Assembly: GCF_009617975.1 (NCBI RefSeq)
Contig: NZ_CP040089.1
Span: 390,001 to 422,000, forward strand
Direction: 5' to 3'
DNA: 32,000 nt
Source: Candidatus Nanohalobium constans
GTDB lineage: Archaea; Nanohalarchaeota; Nanosalinia; Nanosalinales; Nanosalinaceae
The translations under genes were made by a program, and so were the position numbers. Below are positions 30,068 to 32,000 of the stretch, piece by piece. Below the pieces are notes generated by a model. The model saw only the letters and a program-made list of their open reading frames with translations, was not told the origin of the DNA and searched no databases. The first letter of the stretch is position 1. Each line of letters opens with the position of its first letter.

Positions 30068-32000
30068 TCACTCATTCTCAACTTCACTACTCAATCCCTG
30101 CACACCGTAACTCTCAGTGTTAACCCTGATCTGATCCAAATCAGCATTACTTGGGTCAACAAAGTTTAAGGCACCGGTTCCACTAGGAGTCGACAAACGC
30201 ATAAAGCTTCTATCAACATCCTGAAGATCGAACACAGGAACCTCAATACTGCCAGAAGGAGTATTCAGCTTGGTAGCTCCAAGAGGGGTAGAGATATTAG
30301 GATGAATATTATCATGGAACCACCACTCATTGACACTCCCGTTCCGTGGCTGTTCAACAACCTCCCGAGTCTTCAATTCATATCGTGTAGCGTTTGGAAG
30401 ACCAGTAATTGTAGCTTTTTCCGAATCAGAAGAGATAGTTTGATCGTCAGTCCAACTGGAAGCACCTGTCTGCCTGTAAAAAATCTCATATTGATCCTCA
30501 AACGAAGCATTATCCGTCCAACCAAGCTCTAATTCCCCGCTACCTGTAGCTCGAGAAACCAAGTTAGTAGGAGCAGCAGGCTTAGTGTACTCATGGAGAA
30601 TATCCGAGATAACCACTCTATCAAATCCATGGAAATCTGCTCCACCAAGACCACCACGACCACCTAGTCTAATTCTATTATCGGTAGAAAGGTAAGAATT
30701 AGGGACTAAAGCGCTTACTTCAACCCATCCTTGCTTGTTGTACTCATGGCCATGTGCAACTATTTCTTGCCAGGAAGAGCCATCATACCAGTCTATAACA
30801 GTCCACTCAGTTGAATTATCCATTGAACCTGTCGCCATCACACACTTAACGATAACATCCGATTCACCTGAAAGATCACCGAGATTCTTCTGAATCAAGT
30901 TACCGTCATTATCGATATCCTGTGTCAAATCAACCCAGTAAGTACCTTGATCAGCACCACTTATACCAAGATCTCCATTTCCACTATCACTTCTTACATT
31001 CGCTCCAGTAGTAGAATCCCAATTACTCAGGTCTCCAGATTCAAAATCATCCTCAAAATAGACATTACCATTATTACCGTAGTCGAAGTGAACATTCTCA
31101 GACCCAGAGCTACCATTCCAGTATCGGATCTTAAACTGGTAACGAGCATCTTCATTCAAGGTTTCGCCCGACATATCTGCCTCTAATGTAGTATTTGTAT
31201 CTATTGTAAGAGTCTGTGTGTCACCTTTACTTGTTACATCCGTCCCCCAGAAACGCTGCCAGTTCCCGTATCCAGAACCAGTATCCTCGCGAAGAACTAA
31301 AGTAGTACTTATGCTACCTAAGCTCGCTTGATCAGTTTTATTAGTCCATTTAAATTCAAATGTATTAGCATCAGGTCTTGATACTGACGGCTTATGCGGT
31401 GGAATAGGTTCTGTGTAGACCGTCGAGGAGTATGTCCACGAAGAGTTTCCCGCACTGTTTTGAGCGCGGATACGGAACTTGAAAGAAGAGTCGATGCCGA
31501 CCACTCTATCGTAGGGTTCATCACTACTGGGAGTGTAAGCTTGCGAGTAAGATGTGGAGCCATCGTCGTTGATTAGATTAGGAGCGCCTCTCGGATTTGT
31601 ATACCCCATTCCATCACGATTAATGTCAACATTGTAATCGCCACGCTCGCCACCCCAATCATCTGGTTCATCCCAATGCACTGTGATCTGGTCATTGGCA
31701 TCGACAGTTACAGAAACATTCTGCGGTTGGGAAGGAGCACTTACACGAGGTTCATATTGGATGTAGTCTGTCCAATGATCATATGCAGCGCCACAACAAG
31801 TATTTTGATCCATTGTCTGATCGGCGATATCTTCTGGCTGATTAACATTCACTATTTCAATGCTGGTGACAGGGTTGTTTGTGTCTAAGTTGGCTGTGTA
31901 ATTCTTGACTGTTCCGGTTGACAGGTTTTCCCACCTGATATCATATGTTCCAGCACTGTAGTCGAAAGTCAAAGTTACCTCATGCCAATCATTATAATTA
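30068..32000 (-). CDS. large secreted/surface protein with fibronectin type III repeats and a LamG/lectin-like region; 5' end lies outside the window
   Basis: The ORF stays open through the right window edge; in frame upstream of the TTG track start it reads ...NYNDWHEVTLTFDY. FN3-like segments include PSQPQNVSVTVDANDQITVHWDEP and PAAPTNLVSRATGSGELELGWTD...YEIFYRQ...ATITGLPNATRYELKTREV. A FEDDFESGDLSNWDS segment suggests a concanavalin/LamG-like fold. Confidence 0.85.
   Translation of the reverse strand, partial: NYNDWHEVTLTFDYSAGTYDIRWENLSTGTVKNYTANLDTNNPVTSIEIVNVNQPEDIADQTMDQNTCCGAAYDHWTDYIQYEPRVSAPSQPQNVSVTVDANDQITVHWDEPDDWGGERGDYNVDINRDGMGYTNPRGAPNLINDDGSTSYSQAYTPSSDEPYDRVVGIDSSFKFRIRAQNSAGNSSWTYSSTVYTEPIPPHKPSVSRPDANTFEFKWTNKTDQASLGSISTTLVLREDTGSGYGNWQRFWGTDVTSKGDTQTLTIDTNTTLEADMSGETLNEDARYQFKIRYWNGSSGSENVHFDYGNNGNVYFEDDFESGDLSNWDSTTGANVRSDSGNGDLGISGADQGTYWVDLTQDIDNDGNLIQKNLGDLSGESDVIVKCVMATGSMDNSTEWTVIDWYDGSSWQEIVAHGHEYNKQGWVEVSALVPNSYLSTDNRIRLGGRGGLGGADFHGFDRVVISDILHEYTKPAAPTNLVSRATGSGELELGWTDNASFEDQYEIFYRQTGASSWTDDQTISSDSEKATITGLPNATRYELKTREVVEQPRNGSVNEWWFHDNIHPNISTPLGATKLNTPSGSIEVPVFDLQDVDRSFMRLSTPSGTGALNFVDPSNADLDQIRVNTESYGVQGLSSEVENE

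Noticed and set aside
1-32000. A search by eye for tRNA/rRNA genes, CRISPR repeat arrays, transposases, integrases and terminal inverted repeats.
   Set aside because: I found none. Intergenic regions are short (mostly under 120 nt). The longer ones (13195-13389, 20124-20403, 23772-23988) show no cloverleaf-compatible or repeat-spacer structure. This is visual inspection only, and tRNAscan or Infernal would be decisive.

Overview
This is a densely packed archaeal chromosomal segment with about 30 protein genes on both strands. Several gene pairs share 4-nt start/stop overlaps, and three convergent pairs have overlapping stop codons. Archaeal markers are clear: the aCPSF1/FttA beta-CASP RNase, proteasome beta subunit, archaeal-type ProRS and a Y-family Dpo4/DinB polymerase. 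The predicted proteins are uniformly very acidic, the DNA looks AT-leaning by eye, and TATA-like boxes sit about 26 nt upstream of start codons (leaderless style). Together these suggest a halophilic, small-genome archaeon, possibly Nanohaloarchaeota-like; this is inference only. Content from left to right: (i) a DUF433 / frameshifted DUF5615 toxin-antitoxin-like pair. (ii) At 1.5-10.5 kb, three large acidic Cys-rich secreted or membrane proteins, including a 1521-aa giant with a PGF-CTERM-like tail. (iii) proS bracketed by two paralogous RHH/RelE-like pairs, followed by an intact MNT-HEPN module. (iv) MtaD deaminase, an M20 peptidase, an OSBS/NSAR-type enolase, and a convergent operon of a COG3375-like GNAT plus a 430-aa unknown. 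(v) A DEAD-box helicase, AstE/AspA-like desuccinylase, M29-like aminopeptidase, psmB, aCPSF1 and dinB. (vi) A Doc/Fic-like protein whose catalytic His is replaced by Gln, a small basic ORF, a sugar nucleotidyltransferase, an orphan MNT with a 26-codon HEPN stub, and a partial FN3/LamG surface protein. I recognised no rRNA, tRNA, CRISPR array, transposase or integrase. The signals most worth a second look are a kilobase-scale mosaic of opposite synonymous-codon and strand-composition regimes that switches inside ORFs, the surface-protein cluster, the uncharacterised two-gene operon at 17.7-20.1 kb, a 72-nt three-stem element just upstream of aCPSF1, and the decayed or atypical toxin-antitoxin modules.
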